In this document: positions 11,528 through 23,192 of the stretch, piece by piece
How the letters are laid out: the number at the start of each line of letters is the position of its first letter
Numbering within the stretch: position 1 is the stretch's first letter
Source of the DNA: Tubulanus polymorphus
Lineage: Eukaryota; Animalia; Nemertea
Reading direction: 5' to 3'
Length of the DNA: 64,000 nucleotides
Assembly (NCBI RefSeq): GCF_964204645.1
Contig: NC_134034.1
Location: forward strand, 7,476,914-7,540,913
The notes under the pieces: model-generated
What the model was told of the DNA's origin: nothing
What the model saw: only the letters and a program-made list of their open reading frames with translations
The model's database searches: none
Position numbers and translations under genes: made by a program

Positions 11528-14038
11528 CTAAGAGTCGGTCCAACAGTATACTTCATCGATTTTTGTCACCGATGATAATTCATCATAAACAACCTTCATT
11601 AGTTTGGCCAGTGTAACTGCAGACAGCAACTCTAGTCGTGGGATGGATACTTGTTTAGTTGGTGCCACTTTGGTCTTGGATGCTACAAAACTTGAGTTCG
11701 ACTGATCTTCTGATCGAGCTACTAAGTATATCATTGCCCCGTAGGCCTTACATGAAGCGTCACAGAAGCCATGGAGTTCAAATGAATCAATTCCACCATT
11801 CAACCCAGCTGAATAGCATCTTGTCAGATGGATTGTCTCAAAATTCTTCATATCCTCGACAATTTGCTTCCATTGCCGTTCTAAATCAGCGTCTACGATT
11901 TCATCCCAGCCGATTTCTGATCTACATGTGTCTTGAAATAACAGTTTAAACTTCAACACTGCTGGTGCTATTACTCCTAATGGGTCGAAGAACCTTGCTG
12001 CGACTCCTACTATATTCCTTTTAGTCGGTGTCAGATCTTGAATGTAATTTATAATATCAGTAAGATCGAACATGATTTCATCAGTGCTGTAGTTCCAGCA
12101 GACCCCAAGAATTTTTATCATATCAGATTCTTGCACCCTGGCATTCATGCCCAAAGTCTGCTGAGCATAGGATTCATCAACGTGGCTTCCGTTTGTAGTG
12201 TTTGAACTATCAGCTTCCTGTTGAAGTATTAAATCTCTGAGCTGTACTGAATTTGTGTGTATTTTTCGCCAGTTGAATCCAGCTTTCTTTAAATATGATT
12301 TCGTTTCTCGGTAGAACTCAAAACTTTCACCGACGGTATCAAAACTCGAACTTGTGTCATCAACATATGCTGACTGTAGAAACTTTTCAGCAAATTTCTG
12401 ATCTTCGTGACTTTCCATGTGGAACTTCAGAGTAGCGTTCAGCAAGTACGGGCTGGATGTTACACCAAAAACTACTCGTTTGAACTTCAAAACGATAACA
12501 TCCGAATTTTCATCATGAGTATCCTTCACCCATAAGAATCGTAGAACATCAGTATCATCTTCATCAACCATTATCTGCAAAAATGCCTTTTCGATATCTC
12601 CTGTCAAGGCAACAGGTTTCATTCTTAATCTAAGCAATATATGCAAAATATTGTTAGTCATCACAGGTCCGGCATGCAGTAACTCATTTAATGAGGGTCC
12701 ATCAGCCTTACACGATGCGTCATACACAATTCGGAGTTTCGTAGTTGAATGACCACTTCGTATTACTGCATGATGAGGGATATAGTGCACTTTTCCTACT
12801 TCACCGATTTCCGGACTTTCTACTAGCTGAACTATGTTATTGTCAAGCTGTTCTTTTATTACGCTGTCATACTCTGATAAAATGTCAGGTGATCGTCTCA
12901 GTCTTGTCAGTAAATTTATAAGTCTCTTCTTCGCGTGCTCATAATTATCCGGAAGAATCAAGTCATCCACGTCGCGCCATGGCAACTTAACATGGTATCT
13001 ACCATCCTTAAACTGGACAGATTTCTTGAATTCTTCAAATAATGGATCATCAGTATTTTCTTCAAGACCAAGATTTTCGATCGACCAAAAATTCTTGAGC
13101 TTAGTTTCCAGCTGATGACAGTCACAATTCCGTTGTTGTGTGATCAATAAATTATTGTGTTTATCATCATCATGGTTGCTGTAGGTAGATTTCTTAGCTG
13201 TTTTCTCGTTAATAAAATACACCATTGATGATTGATTCGTTTCAGATTCTCCGATTGGACCAGACAATGTCCAACCAAATTTGGTTCCCAGTGCCACAGG
13301 ACCTCTGTTACTCCGCCTGACTTCGCCAGTCATCACCGACCAATAGAAGTCAGCTCCGATTAAAATATCCACATCCACCGATCCGTCTTTGTAATAAAAT
13401 TCTGAAAAATGTACTCCTCGCAGATGTGGAAACATTTTCTTGCAATTTGACAAGTCACATACTGAGAGACCAGTGCATATGACGGGTATTACCACTAGTG
13501 GAAAAGTCATTGCCGTGCCGTTTGTATCCAGTAATCTTGATTCTACTATGGGATACTCCTCAAACTGACCATCTGTGTCTGAACCAAAAACTTGAATGTT
13601 CATACGATGATTGCCCAGTACCTGTAGGTGTAATCTATCAGCCAGTCGTTTCGTAATATATGATTTCTGACTTCCGGTGTCAAATAGGATTCGGACTTTC
13701 ACTGGCCCATCATCACCTTGCATTATTGCTTGAGCAGTCTGTAAGAGTACTTTCCGAGAACTCGTTGCTGATAAACAGACTCCTGAGATAGCTTTCTCTC
13801 CAGCTGATTGGTCAGGACTAGGTGTTTGGTTTTCTCTCGGACTTGACTGTTCGCCATTACTAGATTCTTTCTTCGAGCCAAATTCACATATAGTCACATG
13901 GTGTCTACCATTACACTTTTGACACCTCATGTTAGAACGACATCTTGAAGCAATATGATTCCTCTTTATACATATAAAACAGTAGCCACCTTTCTTCAAA
14001 ATGTCTTTTCTGACAGAATCGCTGTAACAGTACGACAA
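11528..14038 (-). CDS. Bel1 zinc knuckles, aspartic protease, reverse transcriptase, RNase H
   Basis: CFIC..NH...C knuckles, LFDTGS, LRIVYDAS, GDIEKAF, YVDD, GFCDAS motifs. Confidence 0.93.
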   Translation of the reverse strand: MSYCYSDSVRKDILKKGGYCFICIKRNHIASRCRSNMRCQKCNGRHHVTICEFGSKKESSNGEQSSPRENQTPSPDQSAGEKAISGVCLSATSSRKVLLQTAQAIMQGDDGPVKVRILFDTGSQKSYITKRLADRLHLQVLGNHRMNIQVFGSDTDGQFEEYPIVESRLLDTNGTAMTFPLVVIPVICTGLSVCDLSNCKKMFPHLRGVHFSEFYYKDGSVDVDILIGADFYWSVMTGEVRRSNRGPVALGTKFGWTLSGPIGESETNQSSMVYFINEKTAKKSTYSNHDDDKHNNLLITQQRNCDCHQLETKLKNFWSIENLGLEENTDDPLFEEFKKSVQFKDGRYHVKLPWRDVDDLILPDNYEHAKKRLINLLTRLRRSPDILSEYDSVIKEQLDNNIVQLVESPEIGEVGKVHYIPHHAVIRSGHSTTKLRIVYDASCKADGPSLNELLHAGPVMTNNILHILLRLRMKPVALTGDIEKAFLQIMVDEDDTDVLRFLWVKDTHDENSDVIVLKFKRVVFGVTSSPYLLNATLKFHMESHEDQKFAEKFLQSAYVDDTSSSFDTVGESFEFYRETKSYLKKAGFNWRKIHTNSVQLRDLILQQEADSSNTTNGSHVDESYAQQTLGMNARVQESDMIKILGVCWNYSTDEIMFDLTDIINYIQDLTPTKRNIVGVAARFFDPLGVIAPAVLKFKLLFQDTCRSEIGWDEIVDADLERQWKQIVEDMKNFETIHLTRCYSAGLNGGIDSFELHGFCDASCKAYGAMIYLVARSEDQSNSSFVASKTKVAPTKQVSIPRLELLSAVTLAKLMKVVYDELSSVTKIDEVYCWTDS

Positions 14039-15090
14039 TTTGAAGAATCATGTTTTTTCTTACAATATACACAAATAGGATCTGTTGACCACCTACTATT
14101 ATCTCCGGTATATAACGTTCTAGCATTCTGATTCTGCCTATAAAAATTTCGATCTCTGTTTGGAGTACTCAAATTTCCCGCTCGTTCTCGAGCACTTATT
14201 TCTTCAAATAATGTCTCCATCAACGCATCCATGATCCAGTTTTCTTCATTACTAATTTTTCTTGATAAAATCAGCCGAAGTCCAGCAGGTAACTTTTTTA
14301 TGACGACAGATGTTAGCAGTTGTCCGTAAGAATCCGATTCTATCCCCAATGCCTTAAGACCTCTAACATGGCTCTCAATTTTGTCATACAGTCTTCTAAG
14401 GTCGACGTGATTTGACGAGCTAACTTCATCAAGATTCAACAGCATTGCCATATGACGATTTATTATTTGTTGCTTGTTGCCGAAACGGGACTGCAAAATT
14501 TCTATTGCATGAGGGTAATTTTCTCCGGTGACTGTTAATCCGCTGATAGCATCGGCTGCAATTTTTGAGAGAATTGAAGAAAGATACGCAAATTTTTCTA
14601 TATCTTCTATGTCGTTCCGTTCATGAATTGCTGATTTAAAGCAACTCCAAAAGGGTAACCATTCTGTAATATCTCCGTTAAATTTCTTTAATTCCAGCTT
14701 CGGTAGTCTCACAGCTGCTGTAACCCTTTTCTCAGTTACAGGACTACAATTGGAGACCGCAGATTGTGGTTTTACATTGGTTGCAAGTGTTGAATCAACT
14801 TTCAAAATATATTTTCTCAATTTAAGTGTCCACTCATCCGCTGCTTTTATTTCAGCCTCCATATCTACAAAGCTGTCCTCTCCACTCATTAAATCTAGGA
14901 CTTCTGCGTCAATTCTTTTAAGAGTGGCCATCTTTTCACCAAGCATGGTGCTCAAGGATGCGAGAGCTTGGACCTTTTCAGGATCTGATGTTTGAAAATC
15001 ACTGATGATTTTGTCGGCATCATTTAATAATTTTGTACTTGAAGCCCTTTGACCTCCTCGGGTTTTTATTTTCTTTCTAATTTCATCCAT
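13996..15090 (-). CDS. Bel1 gag (DUF1759-like)
   Basis: RLPKLELKKFNGDITEWLPFW...F motif typical of Bel/Pao gag. Frameshift to the next ORF at ~14020. Confidence 0.9.
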   Translation of the reverse strand: MDEIRKKIKTRGGQRASSTKLLNDADKIISDFQTSDPEKVQALASLSTMLGEKMATLKRIDAEVLDLMSGEDSFVDMEAEIKAADEWTLKLRKYILKVDSTLATNVKPQSAVSNCSPVTEKRVTAAVRLPKLELKKFNGDITEWLPFWSCFKSAIHERNDIEDIEKFAYLSSILSKIAADAISGLTVTGENYPHAIEILQSRFGNKQQIINRHMAMLLNLDEVSSSNHVDLRRLYDKIESHVRGLKALGIESDSYGQLLTSVVIKKLPAGLRLILSRKISNEENWIMDALMETLFEEISARERAGNLSTPNRDRNFYRQNQNARTLYTGDNSRWSTDPICVYCKKKHDSSNCRTVTAILSEKTF

Positions 15091-15208
15091 TTTTCAACTT
15101 AGTTTCACTATTGAAGGTCAAGGTCACATAAATTCTTCGTCAGCGTGTTCGTTCTACTAGATGCAATTTTTTCTCTGGTTCAATTTATTTACTCACTTTC
15201 TCACAGCA

Positions 15209-15226
15209 ATCCGGTTCGAGGGACCA
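15209..15226 (-). promoter_or_regulatory. Primer-binding site (tRNA-Tyr-like)
   Basis: Minus strand TGGTCCCTCGAACCGGAT directly after the 5' LTR. Confidence 0.75.
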
Positions 15227-15417
15227 TGTAATGTTCTTTTGCTGGTATTTATAAGCGAGTTCCCCTTCTCCGACTAGTTTTAATAAAAGCATCAAACGCG
15301 GACGATCATATTTTCTGTTGGTGGGATTTCTCCATCTTTATTTCGAACACAAGACGCCAGATGGCGCTACCGTGTAGTACACAGTCTAACATTATTAATT
15401 TTCAAACATTTCTTACA
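15227..15417 (-). repeat. Bel1 5' LTR (191 bp)
   Basis: Direct repeat of 8259-8448. Confidence 0.95.
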
Positions 15418-15934
15418 TCCGTATGCTGGACTCACACTTAACATTCGGAGTAAGCGTTCGCTGTGGGGGAAAGGAGATCGTTCGCTGTGTCGCTTGAAGT
15501 GTTTTACACGGCTTTAGACCTACCGGACTGAGCTTTACTGTCTCAAACAAACACAGTATAATCGTTGCGTTTATTAACGGACTCATTGGATTGAACTTCA
15601 AAACAAAATTTCCGATATTTAGGAGGGTTCAATAGGCCTTCGACCAATCTGTCCAGATGTTAGGCCTACGCATATACATAGGCCTACATAGGCTAGTAGC
15701 CTCTACTAGGTTAATGCTAAGTTCAGTGTAATGGAATCAGATTTATTAAAATGCATGTTAATTAGTGATTAACTGGTTCTGACCAGTTCAATCACAATTA
15801 TCAATTTTATTGCCAAAAATGAAGATTTTGTTTTTGAAAATTTCGTCTGAGCAGACAGCTTTATAAGCCAGACTTTTCATTTGAGTTTTTTCATCATAAA
15901 TGAAACTGGTATTTCATTAATTCCTAATGACTTA

Positions 15935-16262
15935 AGCCGGGCGTAGGTCGGCCTTGCGACGGCTTGTGACTCCTTGCGACGCCATTCACTACGACCGCCA
16001 GCGACGATTGTGTCGCAACGACTCATCGACCTACACTCCCTTGCGACGGGTTGCGACTTTCGGCAACGCCAGTCACAAGGAGTCGCAATTGTTCTACTTT
16101 CTGCGACGCGACACTACTGTCACAACCGACCTACGCACTCTTGCGACTGGCAGAAACTAGTCGCACACAGTCGCTGACAGTGGTATCGCAACTGACTTGC
16201 ACCGAAACTTGCGATGCAATGCGAGAATCGCATCGCGTCACAACGCCGACCTACGTCTGGCT
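15935..16262. mobile_element. 328-bp MITE, Harbinger-type
   Basis: TIR AGCCRGRCGTAGGTCGGC, TTA on both sides, many internal TGCGAC/GTCGCA motifs. Confidence 0.75.
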
Positions 16263-18039
16263 TTAAGTTACTGCGGAGCCCCAGAAATATCTTTTTTTCG
16301 TTCATGAGACCTTTTGCTTAAAAATTCTTTCGTCGGAACAAAATTTATTTCGTTCTAACGAATCATATTCTGTTCGATTGATCCAATTTGAAAGAAATCG
16401 TTAGAACGAAGTTGAACAAACTTCTTTTTGTCGAAACGAAAGGTTTTTCGTTCGATCGAACAGAATCGTTTTAATTTGAACAGAATTTTCTTGTCAGAAC
16501 ATTAAGTTTTTCGTTCGAACAAGTATATTGTAAAAAGCTTTTTCACCGAACCAAAAGTATAAAGTATTTTGTTCAATCGAACAGAATTGTTTTCATTCAA
16601 ACATTCGTTCGAAAAAATTGTTTTCGCTCAACCAAATTTTTTTGCCCGGAAAAAAAGTTTTTCATTTCAACAATAACATAGCTTTCAGAATGAAGAAAAG
16701 TTCAAAGAATGGTTCAAACAAAAAGTGTACAAGATTTTCTTGTCGTATCATTAAGTTTTTTGGTCGAACAGCGTGTTAAGCTCGTTTTGGAAATTTACTC
16801 GGTCTGGTATATTTTGGATTACTGTGTATGTCATTTGTCAGGACATTTAACAGAAGACGACTTAGGATACTACCTTGCGTGACTCCACTAGTTTGACCGA
16901 CTTATTCCAAGATGAGGCGCTCCATTGATTTCGGCTACAAGTTTTCGTTCAGAGATAATGCTGAGCCATTTCGGCAACCTATCATTGATACTGTTTCCTA
17001 ATAGCCTTGTTTAGTAACGGCTGATGTTGAACCTTATCAAATGCTTTGTCGAAATCATAAAGAGTAATTATCGCCTAACAGTCGATTTTCCAGAGTCAAA
17101 TAGGACATCTGTTCCAGTTGTCCATGGTTTCAAGTAGGTCTAATTGACTGTTTGTCGAGCTTCCACTTATAAAACTGTGTTAAACATTGAACAGGATTCT
17201 AAGCCTGTGCAGAAAACCCAGTATCGCTGCTTTGCAGCTATATTTCTATTTAGGAATTCGTTACACTTTCCGATAATTCTAGATGATGCTTACATGTTAA
17301 ATAGTATTTATAATCAATGTTATTATTTTGAATACAATTAGTAGTAACAACTGTATCATTATTATCTGTAATACCTAAATCCTCAATTGTCTTATCAATA
17401 CTATTTTTACTCGATTTCTTTGACATTTATATTAGAGAAAAAGCGAAAAAATATTATAAGTATTCTTCAAATGATACTATTTAGTTAAAGTTAAAGGATT
17501 CTAGTATTGACCAAGAATACTAGCTATTTGAAGATATGTAATTTTTATTCAAATCTATTCAAAATCTATTTTTAATCTAGTGTTAATTAGAATGCAAAAG
17601 AAAATATTAAAAATATAATCGAATTCACTAGCTAGTTGAAGTTATTGTTTTTTTAATACTTTTTATTTAAATTAGGATCCAATATCTCACTACTTTGGTC
17701 TATCTATAGGAGCGGTAACTATAACCGTCCAGATAAGTCATTTCGGATCCTCGATAAATAAATCCTCAAACTGAAAATCAATTTAACGAAAACGCCGGGT
17801 GGAATTACTATTTCATAGACACATATATTTTGTTCTACAGTCAGTATCGATTATAACATTCCATGCCGGGCGTCAGAGGCCCGTTAAGGTATGCGCGGAA
17901 TGCAGGAATCAATAAAGTATAATACAACATCTGTCACTGCGACATTAACAACAGCTGAACATAGAATAATAGAAAATGCAATTAGGGTAAATATAATACA
18001 TTAAAAATATATGTAGTATGAAAAACAACTGCTGTTACA

Positions 18040-18769
18040 AATCATCATTGGGATTATCTAATTTCGACCAGAATTCTTTGATTTCGGCGTAATTTTCCAA
18101 CATTTTTTCAATTTCGTTCAAATGACTAATGACGGTAGCAAGTGGCAAACTCAATAATTGAAATTTGTTAAAGGAGTATAATTTTCCAATTCATCTAAGT
18201 TCTCTTTCATTCTCAACACTAATATGTATATTTTCTTTAACCCAATTAGCCCATGAAATATTTACAGTTTGGGTAGAATGAAAAAGAACAAACCCTTTAT
18301 TTAAAGAATTCCCAGAAATTATAAAATCCCAAAGATGATTTGTTTGTTTTGTTAACAATGTTCCATACTCGGTTATCAATAAATCACCAATTTCTGAAAA
18401 TAAATGCGTGTCTATTACTTTAATGTTTGATAAATCTCTATAAACCGTTAATTTTGATTTCAAGTATTCGTGTAGTTCATAACTGCTCAATTTGCTTCTA
18501 TTTTCTTTAAGTCCTAATAATGTTTTTAAACTCGGAGTTGGTATTTTCGGCAATTCTTGTATCGTTGATTGTTTAGTTGTAATTACTTCGTCCAAAATTG
18601 TTACTAATTGTTTATAATAATCCAAATGTTTCTTGAGTTTTTCGATATTTTTGTCGTCTATTTCTTTTACGGTCTCTTGGGATGGTGTATTAATATCCAT
18701 CTTTTCTGGTTCCTCACTATCTGGCGTTTGACTTGAAATAGATGGTTGACTTCTTGATGTGTATGACAT
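18040..18769 (-). pseudogene. Variable accessory protein of A (acidic N-terminus, LPKIP..LK.LLGLKE motif)
   Basis: ORF 18191..18769 plus downstream remnant. Homologous to 60323-60788 in C. Confidence 0.6.
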
Positions 18770-19230
18770 TTTCTTTACTAAATATCTAGAATGTAGAATA
18801 AAACTTACTTGAAGTTGTAGTTGTCGAATATGAATTACAGCACTTAAACATGTTTAACGTTTCCCGACGTCTTAATAACAACAAAAACGGTACTTACATT
18901 TAGAACTGTAACTCCTAATTGTGTTTCGAGAGAGAATATCCTATGCGTTCTGTATATGCCGTCTGTTCGGTTCGGGTGCACGTTCCAGAATGATCTGCGC
19001 CTTCGGTAATTCACTATGACTCAATACATCCAGGCACTGTCCGGTGCCATTCAGCGCTGGTGACAGCTGTTCTTTTATAGGCTTAATGAAATTAATTAAT
19101 TCTTTACAATTGAAATGTAAGCTGGTAACAGATGTTTACCAAACTAGAGCTAATACGACCAGCTATATAGCTGAGTATTATCGGGCGTTTATAAAGATTC
19201 AACGTATTTTTCGTTCTGTGGAAGACTATT

Positions 19231-19920
19231 TCATAATTCAACAAATGTCTTTGCTTTAACCAACTGGTCTAAATACAAGTCTAAATCTAGTTCATTTCCT
19301 TTCATAATATTTTCCTTCTTTTCAAGAGGTCTCAGGTTTTTCCAATTCCAGATTATCTTTTGATTGTATTCATCATTCATATCAAATATCGATATTGGTA
19401 ACACGTGATGAATATGAAAGTATTCACCATAATTATCTATATTCATTTTATCATCGTATTGATATATAAACCGTGATTTGAGAAATTCATCTGAACACCC
19501 CAATAAATTAGATAGTGTAACTGAATGCGCTTCTTTACTGAATTATTTTGTTAATCTAGAACTTAAACATTGTTGCATTTTAAAATTAAGATCCGCTTTA
19601 TATCTTTCTTTATTATATTCATTAAAATGTTCATGATTATTATCCCTCCATTCTCTCATATATTCGGGGTGATTTTCTCTCCATTCCTTTTGTTAATCTG
19701 GGTTATTTGCTCGGTATTGCTTATTAATTTCCTTAACAAAAGTTCTACAATAATTTTGCTTACCATCTTTCTGAGTTTTATAATTATAGTATTCCGAGAA
19801 TTGTTTATTCAATTCACATTTTGAACATTTCTTGTAGTAAATATTTATAACCCCGGTATTATTTGTAATATCTTTGGTTTGTGGTTGTTCTGACGGACAG
19901 AAGTACTTCTTATTTGCTTC
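19231..19920 (-). pseudogene. HNH endonuclease (NCLDV/phage type), copy A
   Basis: KKCSKC...YC zinc motif and FHIHHVLP...NWKNLRPL..KENIMK. Confidence 0.8.
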
Positions 19921-19993
19921 AATTTTAATATCAAATTTTTTATCAAAATTGATTTTAGAAGTTATTCATATTCATATATATGAATATTTTAAG

Positions 19994-20106
19994 AGTAGTA
20001 GGGATAATAGGGGTTCACATCAAAGGTCGAAAAATAAATTCGAGTGTGCGGAATTTATTTTTCGACCTTTCGACCTTTGGCTTGAACCCCTATTATTCCT
20101 ATTACT
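19994..20106. repeat. Terminal palindrome of A (113 bp)
   Basis: AGTAGTAGGGATAATAGGGGTTCA...TGAACCCCTATTATTCCTATTACT around loop TTCGAGTGTGCGGAA. Confidence 0.85.
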
Positions 20107-20928
20107 ATTGTAATCCTCAGTTGCCAATCCTTCTGTAAAAAAATATATATGGCGTCAAGTAAAACAAGATGAATTGAATAAGATGATCCCGCAAAATTAA
20201 GTTAAATTTTAAGATATAAATGAATTTATATGAGAACAACCATACATAACACGTAAACAAATTGTAAGAAAATATTGAACTCGTAAAGCTATGGTTAGTT
20301 ATGTAGATCAACAATGGCAGGGAGATTTAATTGATATGAAAAAATCTTTAAAAAGATAATAACCATAATAATTGATATATTTGGTCGTTATGTATGGAGT
20401 TTCCCACAATCCCGAAAAGATGCTGTACAAATATCAAAAGTTTTAAGAAAATTTCTTTCAGGGACAGTGAAACCAGAGAGAGAAAAATACAATTTGATGA
20501 TGGAAAAGAATTTGATAATTCATTAGTCCATGGACTCTTCGATTATCATAATATCAAATATTTTTCAACAAAATCGGATGAAAAAGCAGCAGTTGTTGAA
20601 CGATTTAATAAAACATTAAGAACAAGAGTGTGGAAATATTTTACAGCAAATAATACTTTTAAATGGAATGACATTTTACCAAAATTAATAGGTTATAATA
20701 AATCTTATCATTCATTGGAATGAAACCTATTGATGCTAGAAAACCTGAAAATGCCGAAATTGTTTGCAATTATTTTTATGAAGAATTTCTTTTAGATGAT
20801 TTTTGTAAACTTAAATATAAAATTGGTCAAAATGTTAGAATTTTTAAAATATAAAAGATATTTCATAAAGAATACGATCTTAATTTTACTAGAGAAATAT
20901 ATAAAGTTAAAAAAAGTAATAACAACAA
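20107..20928 (+). pseudogene. Degraded integrase of an older, divergent Polinton (D)
   Basis: MVSYVDQQWQGDLIDM, IQFDDGKEF and AAVVERFNKTL motifs with many frameshifts. Confidence 0.8.
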
Positions 20929-21571
20929 ACTGTTCACCTGTTTGCAATTAACCATGCGTTCTAAAATCGGAATTAATATTCCGATTTGGTGTGAAATGTG
21001 TGCAGGATCGTCCATTCGTAAAGATTAATAAGGTCTCGAAAGGCGGTCGTCATGCGTGACCGCGTTCAGGACCGTCGATTCAATCGTCGAATTCTCGGTA
21101 TTTTTAGGATATGAATGTGCCGAAATCATCTACTGGATTTGTAATATTGAGGATTATATAAGGACGTTAACTTTGTGACTAGAAATTAGGGTGATAACTT
21201 ATAATGATAGCCGTAAGACGTCGGTGCTCGTACCGGAAGTAAACAAACCGGCGAAATCGGCTCAACTGATAAACTACAGCTCGTGTCGCCTAAAAACGAT
21301 GAATTTCGTAGATACTTTCACCGAGTCAAGACTTTTTAACCCGTTTCAAACGGTATCGTACATGATAGCTTTTGATAATTATTTCGTGTGTAAAAGGCGA
21401 GATAAATACGGCGGCGGTACTATTTACCACCGGGAACAATTTCGGGACTAAGCAGCCGCGGTTATCGCCGGCGCTGGAGTAAGGGGAAAGGTATCTTCTG
21501 CAAGGTCGCTAATAAACAAAAGGCGTTTTTGTGAGCTGAATAGATTAGGTTTTGATTAGCTAGTGCGATTA

Positions 21572-21791
21572 GGCTAAAAAAATTGATACCTTCTTTTTCC
21601 GCTCTGCTGAGCTTAAATGTTGACCCGGCCGGCCTCCTATCTTCCCTATACATTACTTTTTTTAAAAATCGTGATCCATTTTACCATAACAGACCCGGCC
21701 GCTATAGAAATGAACTGTTTATAAATTTTATCATATTTTACAAAAATGACCCGGCCGCTGCGGAGAAACAAGGTATCATTTTTGTTTAGCC
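21572..21791. mobile_element. 220-bp MITE, inverted copy of 5703-5922
   Basis: Same TIRs; TTA TSD at 21569-21571 and 21792-21794. Confidence 0.88.
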
Positions 21792-21872
21792 TTAGGCACA
21801 ATTTTGATTTGATTAGCTTTGGTCCACAAATGAGCAGTTTAGTTACTACGATTAGGTAACAAGGCTGCCTCC

Positions 21873-23192
21873 ATGGACAACAAGAAAAAGAGTTCAGCGC
21901 TTCTTATTATCAATGAGCTGCTGAAAACTGACAAATACCCATACCAAAATAAAAATGGGAAGATTACAGCCGTCAGAAATAATCTGTTATGCCCTACGAG
22001 TTCCAGTATATTTCTTGAAACAGAAGTAATGAAACATACAAAAAGTATCTATAAAAAACCGCGGATTACTGATTATGTTGAAAAAACTGTTGAACAATAT
22101 AACGAAGAAGAATTCAGACGAAGTTTCCGCTGTGAGAAGACAACGTATGCTGTAATGATTGAATATATTCAACCATTTATCGACGAGTTGTATATAAATT
22201 ATGTCGAAATAAGCGCTGAAAAACAGTTACTGATATTTCTATATTATGCTTCATGCTAACTTCCATTGATACGTATAGGAGATGTGTTTGGTGTGTGTGA
22301 AGCTACTGTTTTCAAAATTGTTGGTAAGTGGCTGAGTTTTTACCGGCACGGTACAGTTAATTTTTGTTGGGGCTGTGTGCGTCGTGACATTACATAATAG
22401 GCAAATGGACGTCAAAGCATTATTTTTATTTCTTTTTAGGTCTGATGTCAAAGATATTGGTGAATCATGTGCTACCCAAAGTTATTAGTTGGCAATCTGG
22501 GGACAGACAGCGTGAAATCATTGAAGGGTTCAAAGAATTGCAAGGTTTTCCGGGTGCAATAGGAGCCTTAGATGGCACCCACATTCCGATAAAAGCACCG
22601 AAAGAATATCCTGAGAACTATATTAACAGGAAAAAAATTCACAGTATTAATGTGATGGCTGTGTGTGACCATGTAGGCTTTTTCACATCTGTTCATTCGG
22701 GTGGCCTGGTTCAGCACACGATTCCAGAGTTTTTCAAAACTCTCCTCATACATAGATTCAGGGGATGTCGCAGTTCGACGGAAATTATTCCTAGATAATT
22801 CTCACCTTGTAGCTGACTCGGCTTATGCCCTAGAAGAGCATGTTTTAGTGCCTTATAAAGATTTCGGTAATTTGTCAAACAATCAGAGAAATTACAATTT
22901 CAAACATAGTTCAACGCGAATAGGCATCGAGCATGCTTTCGGTACTCTGAAGGGGCGGTTCAGACGGTTGAAATATATTGACATGCATGACCATAATCGG
23001 CTAATTAACTTTTTAACCAGCTGTTTTGTTTTACATAACATCTGTCTACAGCACGAGACATCACTTGACGAATATCTGCGTGATGGTTTAGGTGAAGAAG
23101 TGGCTGGCGATAAAAACGAATATTTTGGAGATTATCCTCAACCCAATGGTGAACAAAAGCGTAATGTCATCAGCTTGCTACTTTCTTTGTAA
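21873..23192 (+). pseudogene. PIF/Harbinger (HARBI1-like) DDE transposase with one intron (22324-22439)
   Basis: F...FR, GALDGTHIPI, ADSAY and IEHAFGTLKGRFRRL motifs. GT..AG intron. Stop at 22257 and frameshift at ~22700. Confidence 0.88.

Larger units (their letters stand above)
8259..15417 (-). mobile_element. Full-length Bel/Pao LTR retrotransposon (Bel1)
   Basis: TG..CA LTRs, 5-bp TSD TCCGT (8254-8258, 15418-15422), PBS, PPT, gag-PR-RT-RH-IN order. Confidence 0.95.
7321..17245 (+). mobile_element. Non-autonomous Helentron/HINE (DINE-1-like) element carrying nested Bel and MITE
   Basis: 5' subTIR GGGTTTTCTG within hairpin 7310-7365, then a (TTA)n tract. 3' subTIR CAGAAAACCC at 17210-17219, stem-loop GCTGC-TTT-GCAGC, T-rich end. 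Inserted at TT with no TSD. Confidence 0.75.
6931..17426 (-). pseudogene. MSKKSSKNS Polinton protein (copy A) split into 17246-17426 and 6931-7320 by the Helentron
   Basis: The two halves rejoin as LNRIINFQEL, matching LNRIITFQEL in 45147..45749. Confidence 0.8.
1..20106 (+). mobile_element. Polinton/Maverick copy A (degenerate; left part outside window), interrupted by a MITE and a ~10 kb Helentron/Bel insertion
   Basis: Same gene order as full-length copy B (conserved protein, membrane protein, MCP, ZnF, ATPase, integrase, HNH). Ends in palindromic terminus ...TTCCTATTACT at 20106. Confidence 0.9.

Noticed and set aside
13996-14038. Programmed gag-pol frameshift or readthrough in Bel1
   Set aside because: Bel/Pao elements normally use a single ORF; the shift falls within the zinc-knuckle region and the TAG at 11528 within RNase H, so both look like mutations.
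17712-17730. GTAACTATAACCGTCC resembles the 23S rRNA / I-CeuI site
   Set aside because: Match is only about 16 nt with a mismatch, varies among copies, and has no flanking rRNA similarity.
20929-21560. Harbinger terminal inverted repeats
   Set aside because: No convincing TIR/TSD pair found here or near 50460-50790, so element limits are not reported.
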